DNA of 62,665 bases, filler included, from Basidiobolus ranarum (lineage: Eukaryota): NCBI GenBank assembly GCA_040143965.1. It is 17 parts of 17 records of this genome, joined end to end, with 100 filler letters (N's around TTAATTAATTAA, not from the genome) between each part and the next. Parts side by side here need not be neighbours in the genome. Positions count along the whole stretch, not along the records: positions 25,897 to 29,491 come from JASJQH010009271.1; positions 29,592 to 33,184 come from JASJQH010009272.1; positions 33,285 to 36,876 come from JASJQH010009273.1; positions 36,977 to 40,567 come from JASJQH010009274.1; 13 more parts are not named here. The stretch is one strand, 5' to 3'. Under the pieces are notes generated by a model that ran no database searches, had not been told where the DNA came from, and was given only the letters and a program-made list of their open reading frames with translations. Shown here piece after piece: positions 26,312 to 38,639 of this stretch (position 1 is the first letter of the stretch; the number at the start of each line of letters is the position of its first letter). The position numbers and the translations under genes were made by a program.

Positions 26312-26838
26312 TGTGAAAAGCACCAATATTATAAGGAGGAGAATATGAGGCTTTGGATCGATTGGTACTAATATATGTTGTGGCTAAGTTTAATAGAAGT
26401 ACGGCAGGTAAAGGGACACCGAGTGTCGTGAAAGCTATTTTATATGTAGACCAACTACCATGAAACTAATTAGAAACGATCGTCACATAATTTGGATGTC
26501 ATTTGCTTCCATCGTTTCAAGTATTTCTACGCATGAATAATGATAAAAAGACCAATTATGAAAGTATTGCAAATCAAGCGACGATGATAGATTAAAAACA
26601 TTGGAATAAGGAATAGAGTGGAATGGGACAAAAGGAAGGCACAACACTCCAGCGCTGAAACTTGGATTAACTTGTTTCGTTTAATACTATAGTTCATTAA
26701 AGCAGTATGTGCATGGTTATAATGAAATCGGATTAGACACATAGATAGCTATACGTTTAATGATGGAGTCACCACATCAAACTAAGGATATATACAAAGT
26801 TTACAGATGATAAGTTACAAATGGGATAGTTACTTTCC

Positions 26839-27333
26839 CTAATAATCAATATTAATGTGGATGTGTTTATCTTGCATGTAGTTTCTGAGTTCGCTGTTAT
26901 CCACCCAGAGATCGAATTTCACATAATTTAGAAAGACTCTCTCCATTTCATTGATTTCCGACACACCCCAGTATTTGCTTACGATACGGGCAATATCTGC
27001 ACACCAGAGAGAAGCATCATCATGAAACTTCGACGCTAAAATCAGCGACGCCAGAAAGATTCGATGTCCTGTTGTCGAACTCCCGACCGCCTGGACTGGT
27101 AGATATTTTTGTAGTCGATCAATGTAAATCAGTGCAACCAACAAAGTAGGGGTCTGAATCCTACACTTCCGGATCACTCTCTTCACTAGTTTCGTGAGTG
27201 AGGGCGACGAGGTTCTTCGATGATAAGATGTCTCTTGATAAGTAATCACTGAGCGTACACGTTTGATGGTGAATTCGATCAATGATTCCGGGATGATGTG
27301 ACATGCTGGGAGTTTACTTACAACACATGTCAT
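26839..27333 (-). CDS. Pcl1/Pho85-type cyclin (single cyclin box), intronless
   Basis: PSLTKLVKRVIRKCRIQTPTLLVALIYIDRL...TTGHRIFLASLILASKFHDD...EINEMERVFLNYVKFDL. First ATG is at 27333. Confidence 0.88.
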   Translation of the reverse strand: MTCVVSKLPACHIIPESLIEFTIKRVRSVITYQETSYHRRTSSPSLTKLVKRVIRKCRIQTPTLLVALIYIDRLQKYLPVQAVGSSTTGHRIFLASLILASKFHDDASLWCADIARIVSKYWGVSEINEMERVFLNYVKFDLWVDNSELRNYMQDKHIHINIDY

Positions 27334-27805
27334 TTGAACTTGGTTAGTTGGAGTGGTTAAATAGTGGAGAGCTACAGTTGAACAGAGTGGAGGTTTACTC
27401 TTGGTCAACAAGGAACCAGTGAAGTTAGATATAATCGAGAATTACAGGATCAATGAATTGAATTTATACCATTGTTCTACTCTTGCCCAAGTTGGGGCTA
27501 AGTTTTATACTGAGGTCAAGTGAAACAAAATTACTTTCATTTTCAACTCATTACGCTGCCACAAATTAAACTCGCTAAGAGTAAAATAAACTGAGGTTTC
27601 CCTATCCGTATTCCTGTATCCTGACTCACATCCTTTAATCAGCAATTTAGTTCAGGTGTACATATTGTGAATCAAAGATCGTCAACAACGCCTATAACTA
27701 TAACTATAGCCTATTTGGTAAACTTTGCTACTGGGGTTGAGGGATTTCATTTTACGTTCGCTTGTTCAAGCCGGTGTAGTCTACATGCCTTTGTTTGATT
27801 GAATT

Positions 27806-28540
27806 TCACCGGTAAAGGTTTTTAATATAGCCAGTGCTACCAAAGCCGCCTGGACGGTGTTGATGTTTGCTATGCCGTCTTTCTTTATTTTCGTCGATAA
27901 TAATACCACTACTGCCAAATGGAGTGTTTCTATCATCGTCTGCGTCGTTATCTTGAACAATTTCCTCATCTTTTGTATCGTTCACCTGAACTATTTCTTC
28001 ATCATTTGGATTATTATAGCTATCGTCTGTATCCTCAAATAGATACTTATTACCATAAAAACTGTCGCTATGATAACGGTGGTTAAGAATGTAATCGTCT
28101 CTAGCTGAGCCGCCGAATGGGTGATTGCTACTTGGTGCACAAGTCCTGGAGCTGTCATCAAAAAATCCAATAGATTGCCCAATTTGGGGGTTCATGAAAA
28201 GGTTGGTTGGAGACCTACGATCAATACAATGAACTCTAGTATCAGGTGTGCAGTTTGGTCCGGAGTGTACAGTGAATCCAATCGGATCTTCAGATATTCT
28301 AGCAGTATATACTAATATCATGCTTCTGATATTCACACAATCCCCATGGTTTCCTTGGATTTTATAAACATGTCCACTGTCTAGTTCCACCACCTCTGGT
28401 CAACAATGTAGTGTTTAGCTAGGTGATGCTGGTACTTAGGATATAGATATTTATAGACGGTACTTACGTGCAGTGCCCGCAGAAGCCGTCAGAATTGAAG
28501 TGGCCAACAATATACTAGTACCAATTAATCGAGAATACAT
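27806..28540 (-). CDS. Secreted Cys-containing protein with acidic tail, paralog B
   Basis: Exons 28540-28468 and 28395-27806. Signal peptide, DEEIVQ x2, same intron position as paralog A. Confidence 0.75.
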
Positions 28541-29143
28541 AGTTATGAAAGGCACAAATATTGTAGGGAGGAGAGTATGAGGCTGGATCAATTGGTACTA
28601 GTATATGTTGTGGCTAAGTTTAATAAAAGTACGGCAGGTAAAGGGACCCTGAGTGTTGTGAAAGCTATTATATATGAATACCTACTAATATGAAACGGAT
28701 TAGAAACAAACGTTACATAATTTGGATTACCTTTCCGTTGCTTGTGATCAACCTTGATTAACTAAATTATACCAGCTTTTAATTCTTCTACATTGATTGC
28801 TTTTCATATTTGTTGACCTGGCCTTCCGTGATCTCTACTGGCCAAGTCTATTGGACAACTCCGTTGAACAACATTATTTTAAGTTATTTACTTACTATGC
28901 AACAATCGGACTTTCCAAATTTCATATACATAATTTCTGATAGAAAAGAAAGCTAGAGACTAGAAGCCACCGCCGGGTATATTCTTGTGTATGCTATTAG
29001 AACTGTAACTGCCATCACAACCATTCAAGCAGCTAATATTGTGTGAATTTGAGATCTCTGAAAAAAGTAGTGAAGTTTATTATCTCTATCTTCAATCATT
29101 TAACCACTTTTTGCATCACAGTTAAGGTAGCTAGCATTACTTG

Positions 29144-29491
29144 TGTTGAAATTAGCTTTGACTAAACACCTATATAGTCATATATTGCTTAGTACTTAGT
29201 TATCCTATAATTCACTAAGATATTATCCATTATTCTCATAAGGAATTTACTTAGAGTATTTTTACCAACTTAGAAGTTCTCAGATATGTAGATTTTTCAA
29301 ACCTGTGCTAGAAGCCCCAAACTTTGCACACATGTTCCTGGGACCTTCCTTAACATATTCTACACATTTGCTAGCTTATATCTTGACAAAACTATAAATG
29401 TCAACTTTCTACTCAATAAATCAAAAAGTGAAAACCACCAATTCCTCTAATTCTCCAAACCACTTCCAACAGGCTCCCAAATACTTTAACA
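29144..29491 (+). repeat. copia LTR family B, full length (348 bp)
   Basis: TGTTGAAATT...CTTTAACA. Homologous to 36118-36504, 48196-48541 (reverse) and 54193-54544. Confidence 0.9.
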
Positions 29492-31599
29492 NNNNNNNNN
29501 NNNNNNNNNNNNNNNNNNNNNNNNNNNNNNNNNNNTTAATTAATTAANNNNNNNNNNNNNNNNNNNNNNNNNNNNNNNNNNNNNNNNNNNNTATGAAGTA
29601 TAGGTTGAGTAAGAAATTCGCATGCAGGATCAACTAAGCTTGGTCATATAAAGCATGCAGTATGCCCTTTCTTCTCAGCCGAGATCCCGCTGGTTAATTG
29701 GTTGCTTCAGTAATACAGCCAAGTAAACCAGGTTTTAGTGGAATCCGGTTAGTGTCGTGCGAGGGCGATGCGAATCCAACTTAGGCTCCAAACGTCCAAT
29801 GGCAATACACTTTGCCGATATATTAAAGTGTGTGTACTACGTACATGACTAACTGACAAATATGGATTCCGGGTGTTTAGACCTAGTGCCAATAGAAACA
29901 GGAAGGGAGAGGCAATTACTGCAGACTATGACTCGATTGTAGGGGACAATCATACCGGAATGCCAGTCATTATTTATCTTGAATGGTTCTTTAAAGTGGG
30001 ACAACATATCCATAACCGAGGCTGGTTTCCATTTCATTTAGTTTAGCCAATCTCGACCATTCGTAACCGGATTGAGCATCCCCTACTCTAAAATGAAATT
30101 CATTGGAGTTGCTTCCGCAATCCTTGGATGGATCTTCGCCACAGAGAACTAAGAAATGTTAGTCTCCATAATTCAAGTACTGTCTGTCGGGCTGGCATCG
30201 GAACCACTGGGATGTAGGATCTGATCAGTCCAATTTACTTGAGACTGTCTTGAAACCCGCAACTGACCTTCGGAAAGATTCAGTATTTCAACCTGATTCA
30301 ATGTATCTTCCTTAGACTGGTTGACAAAATTAATCTTGATAGCTTGAAATCGGACACCCATCTTCACCGAAACTCAATAACTCAACGAAGAGAACAATAA
30401 ACTTTGATGTGGGTTGGAGAGCGAAAAGTTAGCTTTTCGATATTGCAAAATGTAGACAGCAAGTATCTCAAGGAGGTACTCAAAGATATTTACTGCAATT
30501 AATGACTTTTCACTAGATTCTTATTGACCTCGAATAACTCAAGCAGGTTCGAAACAAACAGTAAGTAATATCTGACATGCACCTCATTGACTGACTGCCA
30601 TCTTGTCAGTCAGGTTGCATAGCTTTAGATAAATATACAGTTTCAGCATGTTGAATGCTTGTGTATCACATGAACACGCGACCCAAAGAGCGTGTATGTT
30701 AAGCCCAGAATCTTCATGTTTCATAAGTAAACTTTGTGAAATATGTGATACGAATTTGAAATCATATTGAATCCCAAATAAACCAGTAGAGACGCTTTTC
30801 AGGCGATGTAGAAGTTGCGGAAAAGGCTTAGAAGCTTATTCCATCCTTTATAGTTAATGTTTTCTCTCAATAATTCCGAGCTATACTCAAGCACTCAAAG
30901 CCGATTCGCTTTTTTTGATGCCAATTTACACACTGATTTCTTGACCATCACACAGTTCGCACTAAACTCTTGGTGATACAGGATTTGGTTCTCATCTGAT
31001 GCAAAAGAGTACGCCATTACTTGCATTTCAGATATACAACTATATCAAGATGACTGCTTTTCGAGTTTGAAATCGTATGTTGAGCAAGACTAGTAGCAAT
31101 ACGCAGTCATTTTTTTCCGTTCATATGCTGTTTTGTTTATTTGACTCTTTGGTTCCAAATGAAAATTGATTGAGTGAAAGCGTTGATACGCTTATAACAC
31201 TTGTACCTTACAATCAAGTACATGTTAAAGTTGATAATCTTTAAGATGGCAGTTATTCTTATCTGCATATACCTAATTTTTTTTCATATATATTTCGCTC
31301 AAATATATTGACATTGCCTATTCAAGTTTCACTTGAGTAAAAATTGGAGCAGATATTTCGAATTCACAATGATGTACCGAAATGAGTCAATATCTTACCA
31401 GTGCTTACATTGCCACCTATAACTTTTTTCCAGTAATAGCTAAAGATATGAGATTTGATGTGAGAACATTTCAGGCTCGTGAGTTACTGCAAGGAAACCT
31501 ACAGCTTAGAGAACTGTATGTGTGAATAATTGTATTCATTCTAAAATAGCACAATAATTGACCTACTTCTGAGCACATATCGGCATTTTTAGCTTCTTT

Positions 31600-33070
31600 T
31601 ATAATTCTTGTCTTTTCTGTCCTTAGGCACTCATATTCAGGAAATACATGGTTTGAGGAAGTACTTCAAGTCAAAGAGACATGTACATTGATTCACCAGA
31701 AGCCTAGTGGTGAAGCTTAAAAAAGAAATACAGAAACAACCATTTGGGCTGAATTCTGAGTATCTCTCGAATTTAGATTGGCTGGCCTGGAATTGATGAT
31801 TTGAGAGTTTAAGTTCTACTTTGCTAATTGGATGACAATATACATATATGTAATATAACTGTACTGAGCTTGAACATAGTGATACTTGACTACATGACAT
31901 GAACTAGCCTAGAATTAATGCATTTAACATATTGGTATAACAACAATGAGCCAAATGTTAAAGAATTTTGGGGGTTAGTAGGAAGTAGCTGGAAGAAACC
32001 CAAGAATTAGTGCTTTTCTCTTGCTGATTAGTTGAGTAAAAAGTTGACTGTGACAAGTGGTTTTCTCCAAAGTCATTTGTTGCTATAATAATAATAATAA
32101 AACCAATTTTCAAATGGCAAATCATTGGGTGTATTGCAATTGGAACTAAAATCAATACGCATGCCTTTATTTAGATATCTTAGGCTTTGTATTTGAGCCA
32201 AAATGAGAATCAAAAACCACAAGCATCTTGTTGTGATTGGTGTCTACATATGCACATACTTGAATGATGAGACATAACTCAACAACATGAAAATGCACTA
32301 CCAGCTAGCTAATGGTGGAAAAATTGCCAAACATCTGAAATGTAGAATTGTACTGACACTTTACAAATAGTTGACTATTGTTACCAATGGCAATGAAATA
32401 AGCTGATTTATTTTGGCAAATTTCCAAAAGAATTCAGCCAAACTATCCTAACTTGCAATCAACAAGTGTCCTGTGACAAGTTGAAGTGTCATTCCTTCAA
32501 CAGATTACCCCCTGGCTAAAACAATAATATTGTGTATCTTGATCTGTCTCACCAAGAAGTCTGTCTTACAGCTCTCCTAGAAATGCCATCTGAGCAGCAC
32601 AAGAACAAAACAGTCCAAATTATGGAGGTACTATCTCTGTGTCCATGGATTGGGATTTGTTATTGTTGTTATGCTCAAACAATGCAAAAACCAATGAGCA
32701 TATTGAAAATATCCCTGCATTGCAGGGTTAATATAGTGAGGAGTCTCCTTAACCCATTATATAACATCCACCACTGATTTTGTTGTTACATTGCTAATAC
32801 AATTAGCATATGGTATAACCAATGAATTCACATTGAGCATCATTTCACTGCAGGTATGCTCCATTGGCAGCTCTCAAAATGTATAGCAAAGGCCTATGGT
32901 CTCTAAGCTTTGTGAAAAATGTAGCAGGGAATGTGTTGAATATCAATGTAGATTTTGTCCATGTTGTTTAACCTGTTATGAGGTTTTTTATATCCAATTA
33001 CAAAATCTTTGCATGGTTACTGTATCTGCCTGAGATCTGCCAATATGAGTTAATGCTGTTCAAGTTTATT
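31600..33070 (-). mobile_element. Decayed CACTA/EnSpm-type transposase pseudogene
   Basis: Across frameshifts: DFVIGYKK...LRDHRPLLY/F*ELPMEHTCS...PYAN, resembling the fungal EnSpm motif GP..YW.FPMERxCG...PYAxL. 32150-32370 is shared with 39930-40140 and 40668-40790. Boundaries approximate. Confidence 0.65.
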
Positions 33071-33284
33071 GTCTTTATCATATTTGTTATCTCTATCTTT
33101 ATACACCTAACTATTTCATATATCACATATAAGTTAGTTAACATTACTTAGTCAAATCTCACAAAGCTATTCACAACTCCACTTNNNNNNNNNNNNNNNN
33201 NNNNNNNNNNNNNNNNNNNNNNNNNNNNTTAATTAATTAANNNNNNNNNNNNNNNNNNNNNNNNNNNNNNNNNNNNNNNNNNNN

Positions 33285-33385
33285 CTATTTCTCAATTAAA
33301 AGGTCAATTCCAAACGGCCGGAGGTAATCCTTTACTAGCTTTATGTTTAGCTATAAGTTTTTTCTCTATAGCCGGAATTCCTCCC
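33285..33385 (+). pseudogene. nad2: Mitochondrial nad2 fragment (NUMT or chimeric join)
   Basis: Frame from 33287: ISQLKGQFQTAGGNPLLALCLAISFFSIAGIPP, matching the fungal ND2 motif QLKG...NP.LAL.LAI..FS.AGIPP, with AT-rich mitochondrial-like codons (TTA, ATA). Confidence 0.75.
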
Positions 33386-33395
33386 GGGCTCCCAG

Positions 33396-34281
33396 TTATA
33401 CCTTTGACTTTTGGCAAACAGTCGAGGAGGTTTCAGCAAATTTCAAACAGTCCGCAGCTAAGGAGCATGAAAACTATGTTGGGGTCGATGAATTCGATTT
33501 CAGTATCAACCTTGAGGAAAGGATTAGTCTGAAACTAGGTTCTCCTAAGAAGACTATGTTCTTTGCTGTCAAGTATCAAGCCAACGGTGAAGAGTTTTGG
33601 GATAATAATGACGGCATGAACTATCACGTTGAGTTTGTCCTATCAAAGGTCAGAAATGCAAATGACCAGTGGGACAATCAGAGTCAATCAGTGGCGGTGA
33701 ATAAGAGTCAACCCATCAAGATGAAAAAGTGCGCATTCGAAATACCTGATTCCAACAACCTTTCTGACACTCCTTTAACATCTCTAAGATCCGCTTCTAC
33801 CAAAAAGTTAAGTTCCCGATATGACTTCGGAGCTTCGCTCTCCGCCCTTTTAGCTTCTGAAGCATGTAACTCTCAGAATCAACTCGAACCTTCAAACTAT
33901 TTTGATTTTCCTACATCTGACCAGATTGACCAGCAGTATAAGACATACTATGCTCCTTCTGCATACACAACATCATCATCACTCTCACAGATGCTTAACC
34001 ATGAGTATGATTCTTATAGTTCTGTCTCCGTTGAATCACCTTTTGGGAACAATTCTTGGGAGGAGCCTGGCTATTTGTTGGACGCATATGATAGTTTCTC
34101 GCACAATTACGTTTCCAACTCATCAATTGTTGCTCCCAAACCGATTCCATCAGGAAATAATGCGAATACTATGCGTGGTATAAATGACTCTGGTCACAAC
34201 AAACATCATTCCTACACTGGGTCACCCCTCAAATTGAGCTCCTACGGTGTCTCTCCCCCTGCAACTTGTATCCGTGGCTGA
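33396..34281 (+). CDS. CBM21-domain PP1 regulatory (glycogen-targeting) subunit, 3' part
   Basis: YTFDFWQT...GVDEFDFSI...FFAVKYQANGEEFWDNNDGMNYHVEF, then LSSRYDFGASL and a Ser-rich tail. The N-terminal part of CBM21 is absent from this contig. Confidence 0.85.
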
Positions 34282-36117
34282 AAGGATAATTATACCCTCA
34301 CCACTTTTTTTCACATAGAACAGTAGTTAGTCCGATAAATCTTTTTACGATTTCATTAAATTCGCGCAATACGTACGACTCCCAAGCGAAAAGATTGTAC
34401 CATTGTTAAATGTAGGAACGCCTCTACTTCACTATCTCCGTAGTTATTCTTTCTACCTATAACGTAGGCTTCACTTTATACGTCACCAAATAATTACCTA
34501 GCCCTCGTAGATCCCTTGACGATGATGAACATCCTATTTTTACGTTGCACATCATTCATCTTCGTAATTGATCCTTGTTGGCACAGGGTATTGTAACATA
34601 TATGTATACTTATTCAAGCTCAGTCTCGTGATGTTTTCCCTATATTGTTTTTTCGATTAATAAACATACAGACTTTTAAATCAACCCAGGAACTATAGGT
34701 TACGCTTGCATAAAGGGGAACTTTACTGCGTGATAAAGAGTCCATGAAATAAGCCTTGCAACTTCCCTACATAAGAGGTATTCAGAGCTCTATTAATATC
34801 GACTATTGAGCAAGGACGTGCGTGTTCCTACTGATTCAAATGATCCAACTCCTCTTTCCGCTATGCTATTATGGATAAAGTGGAAACTAGCATACGAAAC
34901 AGGATATATTGGATATTCCTAGTTATCATCCACAAAGTGATTTATCTGTGAGAGATCTAGAATGCGTCGCTAACATGGGTACATTAGTAAAGAGAAGGAC
35001 CAAGAAATCTATCTATAAGATGGTTTCTAAAGTAACTACGAAGTAAATACTAATCATGAGGCTATTGATGTTTGAGTTGAAACAAGATCTTGACGATAAG
35101 ACAGCAGGAATTTGCCTCCGAAGGCACAATCTTACCTGAATAAATTGAAGTCAATCTGATGTGATAGCTAGTTATGTATCATATATGCGTTAATATATTC
35201 CTATGGGGAATTGCTTAATATCAGCCTTCCAGTTTGGCCTCTGTTCTCTGCTCTATATAGAGAAATCGAAGATAGCTAAAGGTAGCAATAACTCAGTCAA
35301 ACTCGACACAAACAAGGCAGCCCATTGGAAAATACCAGTTATCGTGAAGAGTGGCCTGCTTTACACTTTGACCAATTCTGAAGCATTGGTGTCAGCCAGC
35401 AGTGCTTGGGAGTGATCCATTGATAACCTACAATGACGAGATGAGATTGGATTAAGCTGAGCATCTTGAATTGCCGGGATAGATACGAATTCGTTTGTTC
35501 CTCACACTGTCTCATCATTTCTGGCTAATAATAATCTTAGAGGATAATGAAAGGAAATTCTTCACTATTCAGATCTGAGTCTTCACGTGCAAACGCAACA
35601 GAGCCATTAGGACTGTGATTGGTCAAGGGCTAGCACATGTGATACCACTTGAGTACCTCTGGTTGGCAGTAATTTGTATACAGAACTGTGAAGAACTTGG
35701 CTAGTTTGGTTCATAATTTGGATCCCACACTTCGCAACACAAAGTAATAGATTTGGAGATGGAGCCTACGTATGAGGCTAGTACACTGAACAATCTGTTG
35801 TTTAATGCCTTCCACAACGGTATGTGTCAAAGATCAAACTGAGCAAAGCACCTTTGCTCAAAATATTCGCATTTGAGAAATCTCTCCTAACGCAAATTCT
35901 TCAGAGAAGTGATGTTGTTACACAAAGATTTCAGATCCAACTGTTAACCCAAACCCAGTTTTCTTTGTGCCAATATTACGTATTGCTGATCCTCCTCTTC
36001 ATGAGGGGTTGGATGTTTTTACAAGGAATGACATCCTCCATGTAACATGATACCCATGCTTTAAACTGGTCACAAGATATTTCCTGCTGGAAATATTGTT
36101 TACCTAGTCAATGGGAA

Positions 36118-36504
36118 TGTTGAAATTAGCATTGCCTAAGCACCTATATAGTCATATATAGCTTAGTATTCAGTTATCCTATATTGAACTAAGATATCAC
36201 CCATTATTCTCAATCGGAATTTAGAAGTTCTCAGATATATAGTTTTTTCAAACTTCACCCACTATTCTCATGAGGAATTTACTTAGAAGTTCAATGATAT
36301 ATAGATTTTGAAAATTTGCTTTAGAAGCCCCAAACTTTGCACACATGTTCCTGAAACCTTCCTTAACACATTCTCCACCTTTTTTTGTTTACATCTTGCC
36401 AAACTATAAATGTCAACGGAATACTCAATAAATCAATAAGTGAAAACCACCAATTTCTTTAATTCTCCAAACTACTTCCAACAGGCACCCAAAATACTTT
36501 AACA
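36118..36504 (+). mobile_element. Solo LTR family B with 5-bp TSD GGGAA
   Basis: GGGAA|TGTTGAAATT...TTTAACA|GGGAA. Contains a short internal duplication. Confidence 0.92.
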
Positions 36505-36771
36505 GGGAAATATCAAGCAATCTCTACAACATTCATTTTACACAACATACCTGCTAAGATACACTCACATGTCATCTTCGTCTTAGGCATTTTTTATCTG
36601 AAGAATACTCTGAAAGTGTCACCACATATATATAGGATAGATCCAACAACCGTTGAGAAAAGAAAATACACAAATAAGATATTTTCCTTTCATTTTCCTC
36701 ATACAACTCGATCACTTTGATCATTTTTTATGCTAAAATTGGTTAGCTCTGTAAGTACCATTAGTATATCT

Positions 36772-36876
36772 TGTTAAAGTATTTGGGAGCCTGTTGGAAG
36801 TGGTTTGGAGAATTAGAGGAATTGGTGGTTTTCACTTATTGATTTATTGAGTAGAAAGTTGACATTTATAGTTTTG
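36772..36876 (-). repeat. LTR family B, partial (cut by contig end)
   Basis: Reverse complement of the family B 3' end. Confidence 0.85.
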
Positions 36877-37027
36877 NNNNNNNNNNNNNNNNNNNNNNNN
36901 NNNNNNNNNNNNNNNNNNNNTTAATTAATTAANNNNNNNNNNNNNNNNNNNNNNNNNNNNNNNNNNNNNNNNNNNNCCGAGTACGTTTTCTTTCACCATG
37001 CGGCTTGTTATAACGAGTATGTTTGTC

Positions 37028-37651
37028 TTAACCAGGAGGTTTGTCATCACCAGGAGGTTTGTCGCCACCAGGAGGCTTATCACCACCAGGAGGTCTGTCG
37101 TAACCTGGAGGCTTATCATCACCAGGAGGCTTATCACCACCTGGAGGCTTGTCACCACCCGGAGGTCTGTCATAACCAGGAGGCTTATCACCGCCAGGAG
37201 GTCTGTTATAACCCGGGGGTCTATGACCTCCTGGAGGCATGTCATATCCAGGAGGTCTGTTGTAGCCTGGGGGACTGCCACCACCTGGAGGTCCGTAGTG
37301 GTTGATGCCCGCATAGTCACCACCTCTTTTCGCATGTACTCTTTCACGACTTCTAATAGTAGCACATGCTTTCCCGTCTGCCTTAATTCTTAGAAGCTTT
37401 GCCGTGGCGACGGCTTCAACACAAGTCATCAACGAGGGGTTCTTTACATTTGCCGAGAGCTGGGTGATGTCGGTATCAAAGCAGGTGTTTTTATCTACTT
37501 GGATACCAAAGACTGCGAGTCTCGCGACAACACCGTCACAGACAGTATTTACATGATTCGTAATGATTGATGACGTATCCAAAAAGGTTGATTTTTCGGA
37601 CATTACAAGCACAGCTTGTAACAACACTAGGCCACTTGCGAAAAGCTTCAT
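37028..37651 (-). CDS. Secreted protein with 4-Cys N-domain, KR site and PPGxx(K/R) hexapeptide repeats
   Basis: Signal peptide MKLFASGLVLLQAVLVMS, TATATAA about 60 bp upstream, 14 full 18-bp repeats plus a partial one at 37031-37291. Confidence 0.8.
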   Translation of the reverse strand: MKLFASGLVLLQAVLVMSEKSTFLDTSSIITNHVNTVCDGVVARLAVFGIQVDKNTCFDTDITQLSANVKNPSLMTCVEAVATAKLLRIKADGKACATIRSRERVHAKRGGDYAGINHYGPPGGGSPPGYNRPPGYDMPPGGHRPPGYNRPPGGDKPPGYDRPPGGDKPPGGDKPPGDDKPPGYDRPPGGDKPPGGDKPPGDDKPPG

Positions 37652-38639
37652 GATTCAGTTGGATTGAGAACTTTTAACTTGATACATTACTTGGAAATTA
37701 GTCACACTTATATATCTTTTTTCCCCTCAATATGCTGATAGAATAACAGGCTAGTAAGCAGATATTAATTTCGAGAGAGTAATGTATTTACAAGTACGGG
37801 CTCCGTCAGGGAGTATTAGTGTGTAACGTCTTTTAATTCACATTTGTTGTTGCTGATGTTACAATAGGCTGCTATTTAGGCATATATTTACCAGCAATTA
37901 TTACTTAAAGTGAAGATCACTAACACTAAGTGTGTTGCATGTTGTATACGTACTGAATGTTATTCTGTCAAACATATAAATAGCGTTTCAGAGATCCAAA
38001 CATACAAGTATATGATAAGATTTGTGACAGTCGCTCAAGTAACACAAATTATAAATTCGGTCAACAAGAGTAGGTCTTTAACTTGATGTATTGAGTAGTG
38101 TACTAACTTTTGGAGATATTTCTTTATAACTAGACTGCAGGACGATATTTGCTTACAGAAAGAATTTTAATAGCAAGAAAGGGACGTTTTTCCTACAATA
38201 CGGACTTAAAGAAGAGCAATGTTACTAGAATCTTTAGTATTGCATTAAGAAAAGGAACATTCAAAGCACGCCATCATATGATCACAGAAAGTGATGTTTG
38301 ACTTCATCAGAGGGTAATTATTGACCATGAATATGAAAACTGACAGAGTAGGTTCAGATCATGAAAAGAATAAAGTTTCAGTAGGAGGATATGCCTTTTT
38401 ACGATGAATATTAATTGAATCAAGTCTTAGATTCATACCCATTTTCGAAATTGGGGATATCTCATGATTCGTAAGTTTGTCTATTCTGATTTCCTAACCT
38501 CGGACTTTTATAACTCCGGCAATAGTGTTTAACTAAAATCTCTTATTCATTATACTCAGGTATTGATTCAAGTCAGCCATAAACCAATATAGATATAGAG
38601 ATGTGGCCTAACTGAAAGGATTGTAATATCTCATACAGT

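Noticed and set aside
37031-37291. CRISPR-like or collagen repeat
   Set aside because: An 18-bp coding repeat with no spacers. Gly occurs every sixth, not every third, residue. Overlapping ORFs 36925-37365 and 36998-37393 are shadow frames.
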